Assembly: GCA_001179505.1 (NCBI GenBank)
Contig: CDMY01000283.1
Span: forward strand, 72,198-136,197
Origin: Vitrella brassicaformis CCMP3155
Taxonomy: Eukaryota > Protista > Chromerida
Direction: 5' to 3'
Length of the DNA: 64,000 bases
A model generated the notes under the pieces. The model ran no database searches. It was not told the DNA's origin and was given only the letters and a program-made list of their open reading frames with translations. Position numbers and translations under genes: made by a program. This document shows positions 50,375 to 63,354 of the stretch, piece by piece (the first letter of the stretch is position 1; each line of letters starts with the position of its first letter).

Positions 50375-51183
50375 ATGTCCCTCTCTTCCTTTGTTGCTGC
50401 GACGGCGGCCATCCTGCTGGTCGGCCCCTCCCTCGCACAGGACAGCAACCTCAAGAGGCCCAAGCCCCAGGGAACAGTAAGCCAAAATGGCACTCGAGCA
50501 GCAGAGTGTGAACCGACGGCAGGTGGGCATCTCTTTGCACACACACAAACACACGCCATCGCTGGCTTTGGATTCATTCGTTGGTTGCAGAGGCGTGTCG
50601 GTGCGCGGTGGGGTCTGCGTTGTGTAAGACCATTCTGCCCGAGATGGGCCTGTGCGTGCAGGGCGACAGTTGCCTAGTGCCGGCTCTCAGGTGCGAGAGG
50701 TGCAACCAAGGTGAGGAGCCCAGGTGGCCGGGTGGGCTGTTGTGGTGTGATCCAACTCTTCCTGGCTCTTTTCTCTCGGCCGCAGGGAGGAGAGGGACCT
50801 GCCTAACCCCCCTTGGTGGTTGCAACAGCATCGCCGATTGCGAGGAACCCTGTACTAGGTGCTCAGGCAACGGCCTTCTCGCCGGCCAGTGCTGTGAGCA
50901 AACATCCCACGCAACACGGGATCATGTGACCCATATCGCCTACGTGGCCTTGTTCTTCTTGTCTGTCTGTCGTGTGTTGTGTGTCTTCCTGTGTCTTTCT
51001 CTTCTGTCTGTCGTGTGTCCAGCTTGCCCAGCTGGCGGCTGCAACCCCGTCTTTCCCGTCCCACCCCCCGACCCTGACCCTGATGACCGTCGCGACAAGG
51101 TCAACACGAGCAGGACAGTGCGAGACGAGTCGCCGGACGCTGAGGCCACCACACCGCCTCCAGCCGACTCGATAACGGACTGA
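50375..51183 (+). CDS. Secreted Cys-rich protein (3 exons)
   Basis: MSLSSFVAATAAILLVGPSLAQ signal; ECEPTA-EACRCAVGSALC...CERC...GQC-SCPAGGCNPVFPVPPP...ITD*; phase-1 introns are consistent. Confidence 0.72.
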
Positions 51184-52025
51184 GCAAAGATGGATCGGGA
51201 TGGCTGTGCGCTTGCTACAGTATGACATGTTTGGACTGTGTGTCTAGTGAATGGGGGGAGGGTGGGGAAGGGTGGGGAATGGGGTGTCTAAAATGGCTCG
51301 CCCGAAGAGGCTGCTGAGGGAGGGGGATACGTACAAGGGATACGTACAAGGGGGAGGGAGGGGAAGTCTTTGATAGTCAGTGCGGTGCGTGTGCATGATG
51401 GCCTGCTAAACCGTCCCCAGCGAGCCTCTGACAGTTTTCCATTTCCCGGGGCTGGGGCTATCGCCCTCCTGCCTGCCTGCCTTGCTGCTTGCCTGCCTGT
51501 GTGAGTGCTGGCTGCCTTGCCTTTCTGTGCTGCTGTCCGATGACAGCTGGACGGATGGCTGTCTTTCTATCTCCTTGGCTGTCTGTGTTGCTACTCGTCC
51601 TTACGATGAGGCTGGCTGCCCACTTTATGGGGCCTTTTCATCGACCGGTTTGTGTGCGCTGCTGTGTCCTGATTGCATATTTGCATTTGTTTGGATGTAT
51701 AGTGAGTGCAGCTGGCTGCTGTGTGTCCGTCTCGAGTGAGTGTGTGAATGAGGTGAGGTCTCTACTTGATCGACTAATGCGTCGGACCCTCTTGTAGCCA
51801 ATCAAAGTCTTCATGCGCGACACACACGAATGGTGTCGTCACACCCACGAGCATGATCCATTGACATGTATGTACGTCCACACACGGTGTCTGGTGTCTT
51901 TTCTCTGTGTGTCTGGAGGCACTAGCCAACCCCCACACCACATGCCCCTCCAAAGCAACCAGAAAAAGACCCCCACTCCCCTCCCTCTTGTGTGCCCGCC
52001 TGTCCGCCTGTCTGTGTGTGAGTGT

Positions 52026-54961
52026 CTATCGTCTGTATCTGTATCTCTTGAAGTTGAAGTACAGCTGGAGGATGCCCCGGTCGAACACGCACCTAAAGCC
52101 CTTCTTGTTCTGCAGCTCCCACTCCCGGTTCAAAATCTTGAAGGCCACGTCCTCGTAGGGCGGCCCGGCGTGGAAGCGGATGATGCACGTCTCGGGCGTG
52201 TCGGAGGGCTCCAGGGCGTACGTGGGCGCCTTGGTGGAGTCGAGCAGGTCGGGGTAGAAGAGGTTAAACTACAAGAAAGAGCGATGCAGATGGCTGTATG
52301 TCGTGTGTGTGTGTGTTTGGTCTTTGTGTGTTCTGTACCTTGTAGCCCTGTACCATCTTGGGCGGCGGGTTGTCGTGGTCGTAGTGCGTCTGGTTGTACT
52401 TGTTCCACTCGTAGCCTGTCTTGACGCGGTTGAAAAAACGAGGCTTACGCGGCCTGGATACACACACACACACCGATGACCCGGGCGTGCGTGTGCGTCT
52501 GTCTTGTCTCCCCCTCCCTCCCTCCCTCCCTCCCTCAGTCTCTCTGTCTGTCTGTCTGTCTGTGTGGACCACCGTCCCCACCTGTATTTGTCTTCCCAGT
52601 CGTACTGCTGCTGTCTGAGTGCGTGCTCGGTCTCGGGCTCCATGACCTGCTCGTCGCTGGCCATGGTCTTCCGCTCCTTGCTCACAAAGTCGTCAAACGA
52701 AAACTTCTTGACGCCCAGGTCGGCGGCGTCGCCCCTGCCCTCGTGAGACTCCCGCCGGGCCTCCACTGCTGCGGCGGCCAGGCGGACGGCCCGCCTGGCC
52801 TTCTGCTGCTCGATGAGGGCCTGACGCAGCTTCATGCGCTGCTGGTACTCCTGAGACGGCTCCAGAATCTTCACACCAAGCTGCACACACACACACACAC
52901 ACACGACAGGGCGAAAGAGGCAGGGCGTGGTGAGAGTGTGTGAGGGTGCGGGGTGGCGTGGCCGTCTATCTATCTGTCTGCCATACTTACCCCCTTGACT
53001 TCATCCATCGGCCTGACACGAGGGCTGTGTGGCCCGGGACCGACCTCCCTCTCCTCTGCAACCACATCCTCAACACCGGCAGATGCAGCAGCAGCAGCAG
53101 CGGGCGCGGGTTCCGGGGCTGGTGCGGGGAGGGGTGGGGGTGCGTCGTCCTTGTCGTATGGCTCGAGCTCGGGGGAGTATCGCCCGTCGTAGTTGGGGTT
53201 GACGCCCGTGCCGATAAAGTCCTCAGGCCGGCGGGTGTCCTCCTTCTGCTGGGGCGTCTTGTCGTCACCTGACGCTGCTCCTGGACCTGACGCTGCTCCT
53301 GGGCCGGCCTCAGCATCGGGGATGTTCAACAAACCTGACACATAGACGGATCCCAGCAGGTCGACAGATGTCACTGGTTGTGGTGCGTGTGTGCTTGTGT
53401 GTGTGTTTGTACCAGCGAGGTCCATTTTGAGTGCGGTGTCTCTATGGTGCTGGTCGAGCTGCTGGTCCTTGACCTCTCTTGCCCGTGCGATTGCCTTTGA
53501 GTACTGGCGGAGGACGTCCGCCTTGGCCCTGAAGAGCGGCAGCTGCGTCTGGATGGCCTCCCAGTAGGCCGAGTCCACCGCCTCGCCGCCGTGATCCAAC
53601 TTGCGATTCACCTGACACACATAAGTGGCCACACACACATTGGGTCCCATCTGGTGTGGATGGGTGAGGGGTCATCTCGTTCACCTCTTTCTCCATTTCG
53701 TCGAGTTGTTCAGCCGACTGGCCCGCCAGGAAGGCGTCGATCTCGGCCTTGACGCTCTGCGGAATGCCCGAAGTGGCATCCCGCCTCACCACACCCACAC
53801 CCATGCCCTCATTGCTCTTGCGCCTGGCCTGGTCGAGTGCGTCTTTTGCGACGATGAGCAGGTTCTTCCAGAAGGGCCTGTGCTGTGTGTCGCTGACGAC
53901 GTGTGTGTGGATGTCGTCAAGCATCTCGTCGAGCTCGTCAACGGACATGCCCTCGAACACCTGGGGCGGCGTCAGCTCCAGCAACGACATGTCGTCAAAC
54001 ACCTGACCTGCACACACACACACACACGTCGACACAGGCAAGAGAGCGAAAGCAATGATGTGTGACGGGGGGAGAGAGGGAGGCGATTGTGGAGGTATGT
54101 ACCTACCCTCCATGATTCTGAGTGCCTTTGCGATCATGTCGATGGGTTTCTCCCTCCCCTGGTGTATGCGGATGTCTGACCGCATCTTGGCCTGCTCGAG
54201 GTGGAACTGCTCCTCCTTCTTGGCCCACTCGGCGTAGTTCTCCTGCTCCTTCTCCCTGGCCTGCTGCAGCCGGTGCTCCTCCAACTCGGCCTCCTCCTTC
54301 TCACGCTCCTCACGACGCTTCTTGACAGCTGCATGCACCACCACCCCCACACACACAGCGAACGGCACGTGTGTGCGTGTGTGCTGGTGGGGTGGGTGAG
54401 GGGTCTGACTGGCGTGACGTACGTACCTTCGATCTCGATGGCCTTTTCCTCAATCCTGCGCTTGAGTGTGCTGCTGTCGGGTGGGACGTACTGCTTGGCG
54501 GCCTTCTGCACCTCGTTCTTCTTCTTCCACACAAACGGCTCGGCGATGGTCGAGTCGCCAAACGGGTTGCTCTCGTTGGTGTAGCCGAACTTCGCCTCGA
54601 GCATCTGCCGGCGGTGCTTAGCCAAGGCCTTGGGACCCATCTTCTTGCCGCCCTCCTCGTGAGCATGGCCGTGGCCGCTGCGGTGATGGTGGGAGTGGGA
54701 GGGAGGGGGAGAGGGAGACCGGTCACGCACACGCCTTCGCTCGTTGCGGCCGAGGCTGTCCTCTGAGGCAGATTTTGACCGAGAGCGACGCCGCCTGTGC
54801 TTGGAAGGCGGCGAGCGGCTCCTCTCGCGTCGGCGGCGGTCGTCTACATCATCGTCTCGCCTGTCGCGGTGCCTGTGTCTGTCATAGTCATCTCGGTGAT
54901 CACGCCGACTCCTGCCTCTGTCGCGCTCCAGTGAGCGAGATGGCGAGCGATCTCGATCCAT
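52026..54961 (-). CDS. CACTIN: Cactin (spliceosome-associated factor)
   Basis: RS-rich N-terminus; FGYTNESNPFGD; EQFHLEQAKMRSDIRIHQGREKPID; KPRFFNRVKTGYEWNKYNQTHYDHDNPPPKMVQGYKFNLFYPDL...FHAGPPYEDVAFKILNREWE...FNFKRYRYRR*. Confidence 0.96.
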
Positions 54962-55539
54962 GAGGACTCACACAGATTCCCTCGAATGCAGGGGAGAGAA
55001 GACGAGTCAATTGCGAGCTGTCAATTGCGAGCTCAAATTCGTCAGCCCTTTCGCTTCTTTCGAATTTTCCCCTTTTCTAACGGCCCGAGGGGGTCCAGGT
55101 ACCTGTCTGGCGTCGAGTTGCTGTCATCAGTCATCCTTGGGGCTGTGCAGGTTGGGGCTTTATCTCAAATTGGACTACGGTACGACACACGCAGGGACTT
55201 TTCCACCACGAGCACTGTGATGGTTGCTATGTGTTGCTCAGGTCTGTCGACGAGGTCGGCTTAGAGCCCGTGTTTCCTCGTCAACTGGGATCCTCTCAGC
55301 GCGGCCCACCCGCCCTCATCCTTAAGGACTCCAGTACGCGCCCACCACGCAGCACCCGTCGCTGTGATATCCGCCTGCCTGCATATGTGCATGCAGTCAC
55401 AAGAACAAGACAATCTCGAGAACAAAACGCAGCTGGCTGGGCTGGCGAGCAGCCCCTTCACGCCACGCCACTGCCCGACGAGTGGATCAAGAGAGAGTTC
55501 GAGCCCGTCGCTGTTTGTTGCGCCCGTGTGGTGTTGGTT

Positions 55540-57156
55540 ATGAGTCGCAATTTGTGGGAGGTGGACGAGAGGGCCCTGGTGTGCCAGGAGGCAACGCTCA
55601 AGGGCGAGGTATTTAATACTATCATCGACTTTCATGCCGCGGCTTCGCCAAACTTGGATGCATGTGACGTGTCTGTTGTGCTGATGGCGATTGATTGATT
55701 CATCCGTCACTGACGTCAGGTGTTTGTGGGTGCGGGCAGCGTCGTGCACCCCACCTGTTTTGTTGACGCAAGGGTCGGGCCCATCCGGATCGGTGCTGAC
55801 AACATCTTCGAGGTATATCAGCGATATCATGACAGACAGACAGTGGGACATTAGCTATCTGTGCGTCCGGATGTGTGTGTGCGTGTCTGTGTGTAGGAGC
55901 AAGTTGAGATCGTCAACACGTAAGAAAGAAATAAGGGCAGAAGGGAGCGAGGGGAAACGGTGTATCTATCGGTTCGGTGTGTCTGTGTGTGGCTGTCAGG
56001 ACGCCTGAGGTTTTGGTCATCGGCGATAAAAACATCTTCGAAGTCGGCACAAGTAGGCTCTGCGCACACACGCCACGCAACGGTGCGCTTCATTAGCCAT
56101 GGCGCCAATCTCATCTGGTTCTTTTCCCTTCCTTGATCAGAGGTGACGGGGGTGCGCTCCATCGGCAACAGCAACGTCTTCGAAACGCGATGTACGCGAC
56201 CACCCGTGGGAAATGGATGGAGCCAAACACACGGCCATGGATTGGATTTCTCCAAGCCTGCCTTTGTGTGTGCCATCCCATGCCATGCCATGCCATGCCA
56301 TGCAGGTGTGCTCCAGCCGGGCGTCAAGATAGGTGACGGTTGCACAGTGGGTGTGGGGGTGGAGGTGCCCGAGAACCTCACACTCGACAACGAAGGGGTC
56401 CTCTACGGACCGCAGTCGAGGAGCGCGGTCGAAAAGGAGGCAGGATTCGTAAGCAGCCTAAACGCCACAGACACGGACATCGAGAGGAAGTGCACATGTG
56501 TCATTCTTTGCTCTTTCGTTGTGTCGGTATGTCAGCAACACGAGGCTCAGCTGCAGCGGCACCTAGAGATCTTGCGTGAAACGCTGCCCAAGTCCCACTA
56601 CCTCAAGAAGAACAAGAAGGAGACCGCAGCGACTGACACCTCTGCAGCAGCCGCATCAGCCAGCCCACCAGCAGGGGCAACGACACCTTCATCCCCACCT
56701 GTCCCCACCACCCCACCACCCCAACCAGCAGCACCAGAAACACCCGAAGCGCCGTCCAAGGCTCCCCGCGACCGCATGATCCCTCCCCGGCCGATCGCAG
56801 TCTCGTCAAGCAGCGGACCGTCGCCCACTGCGTCGCCACCAGCTGCAGCTACTGCTGCGGCAGCAGGCGGCGCCTCCCCTGAAGCTGCTGCGGTGGAGAA
56901 ACCTGCTGAACCGTCTCGTGAGGAGCGTCGGGAGAGGCGGCTGGGCACAGAAAGGGGCAGCAGGGGGGCCGCCACGGGGGCTGTGCCAGGGGCGGAGGGG
57001 GCCGCTGCTGCTGGTGCTGCGGCTGCTAGCGTAGGGGGAAGGACGTCAGCAGCCGAGAGGACTGCGAGAGCCAGCGCGAGGCCGTCCCGGCTGTCGGGAG
57101 CTGCTGCGGGAGCCGCGGCGGGCACACAGAGGGAGAGGCGGAGTGCCGCCAAGTGA
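55540..57156 (+). CDS. DCTN6: Dynactin subunit 6 (p27), left-handed beta-helix, with low-complexity C-terminal extension
   Basis: VDERALVCQEATLKGE, VFVGAGSVVHPTCFVDARVGPIRIGADNIFE, ...LVIGDKNIFEVG, ...IGNSNVFE, ...LRETLPKSHYLKK match p27 hexapeptide repeats and its terminal helix. Confidence 0.88.
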
Positions 57157-57521
57157 CAAGATCCGGACAGAGAGGGAGGCAGGGAGGAGGTTGGTAGGGA
57201 GTGAGTGTAGCCAGCAGGAGGTGAGCATGAACGAACGAACGGGCAGAGGGGAGTTGAGTTGCTTAGACGGATGGATGGATGACTGCGTTGGCTTCTCGAC
57301 GACTCGACTCGACACAACTCAATCGTCAATGTGTGCATACACTCACGTCGTGGCCACATTTGAATGGAAGATTCTGAGAGTGCATTCCGGCCACGGATAC
57401 TGTGCCGCCGGCGTTTAATCGATCTCCCCAATCTTAAATACTTCGACCATACACAAGAGTCAATTCTCAGAAGAGTCAGTCGTCATTTTTCGAAGCACCA
57501 ACACGAGACAGAAACACTTAG

Positions 57522-58804
57522 TCAGCTTCTTGTCGAACTCGCCTTGAGTCGTGTGACGGCCTCCACTGTGTGCGAGAGGCCCACACAATCCGCCTTGATG
57601 ATGACGTCGCTGACACGATGAGTCAGCTGGGTCGACTGCCCGCAGAGGAAAAACAAGGGGAGAAAGACGAAAGCATGGAGGTCCTACACACACAATAATG
57701 AGTGGACCTACCGTCTTGCTGATCTCAATGATCTTGGCAGGAGGTTGTGAGGCCATGGCCAGTCGAGGCAGGTCGCTCGCAGGCGACACATTCGCCGATG
57801 TACCTATCACCAGCATCAAATCGCCTGCATGCAAGCATTCACACAGCAAACAGGCGAATACAGCACCTGTGAAACGCTCATCGGTTGAGCTGATCTGCCG
57901 GCTTACATCTCTGCGCTTCTCTGCGCGACTCCCAGAGAGCGTAAGATGGGATTGCCTCGCCAAACAGCACTGCGTCCGGTTTGAGGATGCCGTCGCATTT
58001 GGTGCACCTTGGGGGCAGGGCGGTGGGCGCAGTTGCAGGGTTAGTCATGACGTCCTTGTTTAGAGGTGTCTTGTCCCGGCAGGACATGCAGACGGAATTC
58101 ATCAGATTGCCATGGAACTCCAGCACCTTGGAACTGCCTGAAACGTCACACAGCCAGACAAAGAGACAGACACACGTCACTCCTCTTTGTGTTGACTCAC
58201 CCTACCCGCCTCTTGGTGCAGGCCGTCGATGTTCTGTGTGATGATGGCGTGCATACACCCAAGCTGCTCCAGCATCGCCAGAGCCCTGTGAGCCGGATTG
58301 GGCTTGGGGTCCACTTCTCTGCAGAAGTCGAGCAGCAGCCGCCACAGCTGGTCTGGGTGTTTGCGAAAACCCCATATCGTGGCGCAAATGGACGGGTCGT
58401 ACCTGCAGGCAGACAGACAGACACGATGGATGGATGAAGCAGACACACACACACGGCAGAACAGACCAGACTGAGTGATGCAGACACACACACACAATGC
58501 TACCATTCGTTGTCCCTCCTACTGACCTGCGCCAGATGCCATCGCGCGGGTCTCTGAAAGTCGGTATGCCTGATGGAGCCGACACGCCTGCACCGGTAAG
58601 AGCAACCACGTGCTTGGCCTTCACAAGCTCCTCAGCCAAATCATGGAACGAACTCACCTGCACACGCGTAAAGCATGAGTCAACGCGATTTGAGGTGATG
58701 GGGATGCTCACCTTCGTCTCCTTGCGGGAGAAATGCGACAAAAGCTGCCCCATTTCGTCCGGAAAGGGCTTGCGATCGGCGAGCTCAAACTTGGCGATAT
58801 CCAA
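57522..58804 (-). CDS. SIR2A: Sir2-family NAD-dependent deacylase, Plasmodium Sir2A-like
   Basis: GAGVSAPSGIPTFR; YDPSICATIWGFRKHPDQLW; TQNIDGLH; HGN; CMSC...CTKC zinc site; KPDAVLFGE; GTSANVSPA. The YDP..TIWGF segment resembles PfSir2A (from memory). Confidence 0.93.
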
Positions 58805-58915
58805 GATGAAAGGAAAACGAATTGAATTGAGTTCGATGATCTGCCATCAATTGCTCACCTCCGCCCCTCTGTTTTGTTTCGCGCTATCGCTTTTGTGGTT
58901 GTGTGTGAGAGTGTG

Positions 58916-60990
58916 ATGATGATGGGTCAGTGGTCCGCTGGCGGCAAGCGGCTGACGTGCAGTGACAAAGAATTCATCCAAGTCGTCAATTGAACGGTAC
59001 GTGGGATGTGTGATGAATGCCACGAGCGAGATGCATGGCGTTGCTTGTTCGGGTGTGTTGTCTGTCTGTGTGTGTGTGTCGCAGAGCGGAGAACCCGCCG
59101 CCGGGCAAATCGAATCTCGAGTACACACGCATGACGGCAATGGGCTGGCTGCCTGGATGGATGGATGGATGGAACACACCACACTCACAGACGCGCATGT
59201 TTGCTTGCACCCTCCCTCCCTCCCTCCCTCTGTGTGTGTGTGTGTTAGTGTGTTGGCTGAGCGGTGTGGTTGAGGATTACGTCAAGCTGTTCCACCCCAC
59301 TGCCGACCTCTACCCGTTCTTCCGTCTGCTGCTGCCCAGCATCGACCCCGAGAGGCGGGCGTACGGCATCCTGGAGGCCGGCATGGCCAAGGTCTACGCA
59401 TCGGACGGCGTCCTGGCACTGCCACCCGCTCGCTGGTCAGTCGGGAGCCGGATGGATGTATGGATGAATGGTGCTGCTAGCTCCTTCCTGTGTGTTGCAG
59501 ATGAGGATCGTCTGCTCAAGGGGAAGGATCCCGACTACCAGAAGGAAAACCCTGTGGTCAGTGAAGGAATGGCGTCCACAGACCAGACAGGGCCAATGAT
59601 ACACACCGCTGTTTGCCGCCCAACCGACACAGATGGCTGGTGACTTCGGTGAGGTGTTGTACTCCGTCCTGCACAACCGCGTGACGACGCATTTTATGAT
59701 TTGGTGACCCGCGAGGAGCTGAGCCGGCTGGTTGTGGGGCACGGCGCCAACAAGCTGGTGCCCATGCACTACAAACCACTGACCACCACACGCGTCATCG
59801 CACCGAGGTCAGCCAGCCACACACGTGCAGACAAGAAAGGCTCATCCGATGAGGGTGTCGCTCGGCTGTGTGTCCATCAGGGAGAGCAGCGAGACCCGGC
59901 TGTTTGTGAAGTGTCACCGCAAGGATGTCATCAGACCGAAGTGGATACTCGACTGCGTCGCACAGCAGAAGGTCCGACCCCATGCACCACAAACACACAC
60001 ACACACACACACACACAATAGTACCCCATGCGCCCCTGTCAATCCGTTGCCTCTGCATGTTGATGCAGTTGATTGAGCTGCATCCGACGTACCTGATCCA
60101 CGTGGGCGATGAGCTGGGGGCGAAGTGGGAGGACGTCATGGACAGATACGGCGACAAATACTATGAGGACATCACACCAGGCACGCGCATGCGACGCAAA
60201 ACAATGAGAAGACCTACATGTGCTGGATGGATGGATGGATGGCCTTCTCTGTATATTTTGTTCGTTCCAGACCAGTTGGCTGAGCTGATGGACTCCATGG
60301 ACGTGCCCACTGACCCGCAGATCCTCGCCGTAGCCAAGAAGATCATGGACAGATACCCACACCTCATGCGCACACCCGACATGCCATATGTGTACTTAGG
60401 CGGACACACACCCCACCCCACGGCACCCACCACTCCCACACACACACTCTTTCTCTCTGTCTTGTTTGTCCGTGCAGAAGTTTCCGTGTGTATGTGGGCG
60501 AGACGCCCAGCCCCCTGCTGTCCGCTACAACAGCGCCGACCGTCTCGCCGCAGGCTGGGCGGCCCTCGAGGCCGGCCAGCGTCAGATGGAGCGAGGCTGC
60601 TGCTGCTTAAGATGCTCCAGAGAGGCGTCACAAAGACTGAGCAGCAGGAGGACGCCAGGCACACCATCCACAGCAACAAGCAAGGTAGACATACGGGCAT
60701 ACACAATGGATAGATGGATGAATCAGATGCCCGTTCGTGTCTCTCTCTGTCTGTACGTCTGTCTGTGTGTGCGTCTGTGTGTGTGTGCGCAGGTGGTGTG
60801 GAGTGCATTGACATGAAGGATGGGTCGGCTGTGCCGTCGGCACTAGAGAGAGACGAGGAGGACGACGGAGGATTTGACGAGGAGGACAATATGAGGAGCA
60901 GGATGAGCAGCAGCATATCGACGACGAGCAGATGTCGTCGCTCACCATACCCACACCATAAGAATCAACGAATCCATCCGTCGAGTAAGG
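58916..60990 (+). pseudogene. LIG4: DNA ligase IV remnant: partial DNA-binding domain joined directly to BRCT1-XRCC4-interacting region-BRCT2; catalytic domains absent; frameshifts
   Basis: DLYPFFRLLLPSIDPERRAYGILEAGMAKVY and AGDFGEVLYSVLHNR (LIG4 DBD), then within ~20 nt TREELSRLVVGHG, DVIRPKWILDCV, and HPTYLIH...DRYGDKYYEDIT (BRCT1/XIR). No KxDG motif. Frame breaks near 58990, 59430-59500, 59690 and 60590. Confidence 0.85.
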
Positions 60991-61699
60991 TGAGCAAGAC
61001 ACACACACGGCACACGGCAGACAGGAAGGCTGCCGGTGATGCATTCATGGTTGCACTCGTTGCACTCGTTGCACTCGCGATGGAGCGATGAAATGCGATG
61101 ACACCCGTATATAGATAATACTATACTTGATCCGAGGAGATGGGAGAAGGAGGAGGCGACAACGACATGGCTGCGAGAGGTAGGCAAGGCAAAAAGAAGA
61201 CAGCACATATATTGGATTGGTGGGTGAGCCTCGTACAGTATCTCTCTTCCTCTCTTTGAAATCCTCTGACATTTCAGTCGTTTCGGAGCGAGGGCTCATC
61301 GTTGACGCCGTTGCAGGGCCGGAGCGTGCACAGAAGAGGCGAGCCAGCACGCCACGCCGGCCATGAGGAAGCCGATCGAAGAAGCACTCGCACAGACCAG
61401 AAAGGAAGGAAAAAGTGCTATCTGAGGCTGCAGCCATGAGCCTGTTTGTCGTATGATGATGTCTGACCGTCGTATGGTGGATTGCCGCTCCGTGTACAGT
61501 CACTAAACTAGAGGAGTGGGAGTGTGTCAGACCGCCGTGTGCCTATTTCATGACTGAGTCAGACAGATCGGTGATGATTTATGACAGATCAATAATGGTT
61601 ATCGATGCAGGGAGCCCGTCGGAGTCACGCATACGAACAGCGTGTTTTCTCCTTTCTGAGGTCGGCGACACAGACGCACGCGTGTGGCGAGTCAGTCAG

Positions 61700-62703
61700 G
61701 TCAGTGAGTGAGCGAGGGACGCCTCGAGCATCGAATGGCCATGATGCAAGACAGCTTCTCTGCTCTCTGTGCTGTGCTGCAGATGTCTGTCTGTTTGTCT
61801 GTCTGTCTGTCCGGAGTGAGTGTGGGTCCGTACGGCATGACGACAGACAGACAGACAGACACTGCTGCAGCTGAGGGCGTCAAGGTGACTTACCGCCGAC
61901 TGCCTTCGAACACCGCAGCGGTGCGCAGGCAGACAGCCACACACACACACACACACATAGAGATGGGATGGATGTGTGACACACGACAGCACATATTCAG
62001 CCGACTGTCTGTCTGTGTGTCTGTCATCAGCAGACCATCGAGCCTGCCCACGTGCTGGAGACCACCTTCGCCAGCTTCGTGTTACCCGAGAAGCTCCCCG
62101 TACTCCGATGACGACCGGCTCGCTCTGCACACCAACCTAGTGGGTGCTGTCTGAGGCTGACAGACGATTACCTGGCCAGGTGCGGGATGTTGGCGAGACC
62201 CAGGAGCCGTTCCTTGTGCTGGCCACCTTCATGAGGAAGGGGAAGAAGGTCAAGAAGGGCAGGGGACGTGCCAAGCCCCAGGTGACTGAGAAGGAGGACG
62301 ACGGCGATGCCACCGAGACCGACGTCGACTGGAGGATCAACGGCAAGTGGGAGCAGCTGCATCCGGTGAAGGTCCCGTCCGAGAAGCAGATCGAGGCACA
62401 GGCACCAGGTAACGAGAGTGGATCGGTCGGCAGGCAGGTCATCGAGTATCGTGCCTTCCTGCGCAAGTGAGTGCCGTCGAATCTCCCAACAAATTCATCC
62501 TTTCACTTTCTTTGTGCACGTGCAGGGTGGAGCGCGTTCGTTTGGCGGCGGCGAGACGGACAGTGTATCAGGCGGTGATGGCTGGCCCTCGTGAGAGCTT
62601 GACCGCTCTGGTGTCCTGCTCGGACTACGGCATCATCGACTCAGTCGGCTGGGTCGGGATGGGCTGTGTCGCTGATGTGCCGGATGGCCCCAACCATGAA
62701 TAG
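61700..62703 (+). other. Coding-like exon remnants of unknown affiliation
   Basis: Open, GC3-rich stretch LPGQVRDVGETQEPFLVLATFMRKGKK...VIEYRAFLRK with a gtgagt donor and a following exon. No family recognised. Confidence 0.35.
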
Positions 62704-63354
62704 GGAGCGGACGGACAGATAGACTGGATTGATGGCTAATCGCGCATCCGTCACTCGTTTGTTTACCCCCCTGTCTGCTTGTCTGTATGTGTGTGGTCGT
62801 AGGCTGGTTAGTTTGTTGATCGGCTGGACGTTTGGCTGGCATGGGAAGATGGTCTCGCTATCGATTGCCTCCCTCTCGCCCTCGCTCCCTCTTCCCTCTC
62901 TCCCTCACTCCCTCTCTCTGTCCCTCTGTCCCTCTCTCCCTCTGTCCCTCTCTCCCTCTCCCTGCCTCGCTACGTTTCTGCGGCGCTCGATTGCGTGTGT
63001 GTCTGGCTGTTGGTTTGTGAGTATGTGTGTGATTGGCTGGTAGTTGGAAACAACTGTACGGACTGCAGACAAGACACCGATCGTAAAGGAAATCACCATT
63101 GATACGTCTCTCATGTCTCTCACACAACCGACACACACACACGCAAGCAACAGCGCATCCTACAGCAAGTGTGCACCGAAACCGATAGGGCTGATCAAGA
63201 ACCTAAGAACATCTGCACCGAAACCGACAGCTTTTCGGAGGGAGGGGGGAGGACAATGAAAAACCGACCGACCGGGAGGAGTTGATAGCGTGTTCTAGGA
63301 TACCTTATCGGTTTTACCTCTATATCCCCCACCGTACGCACAAAACACACAGAC

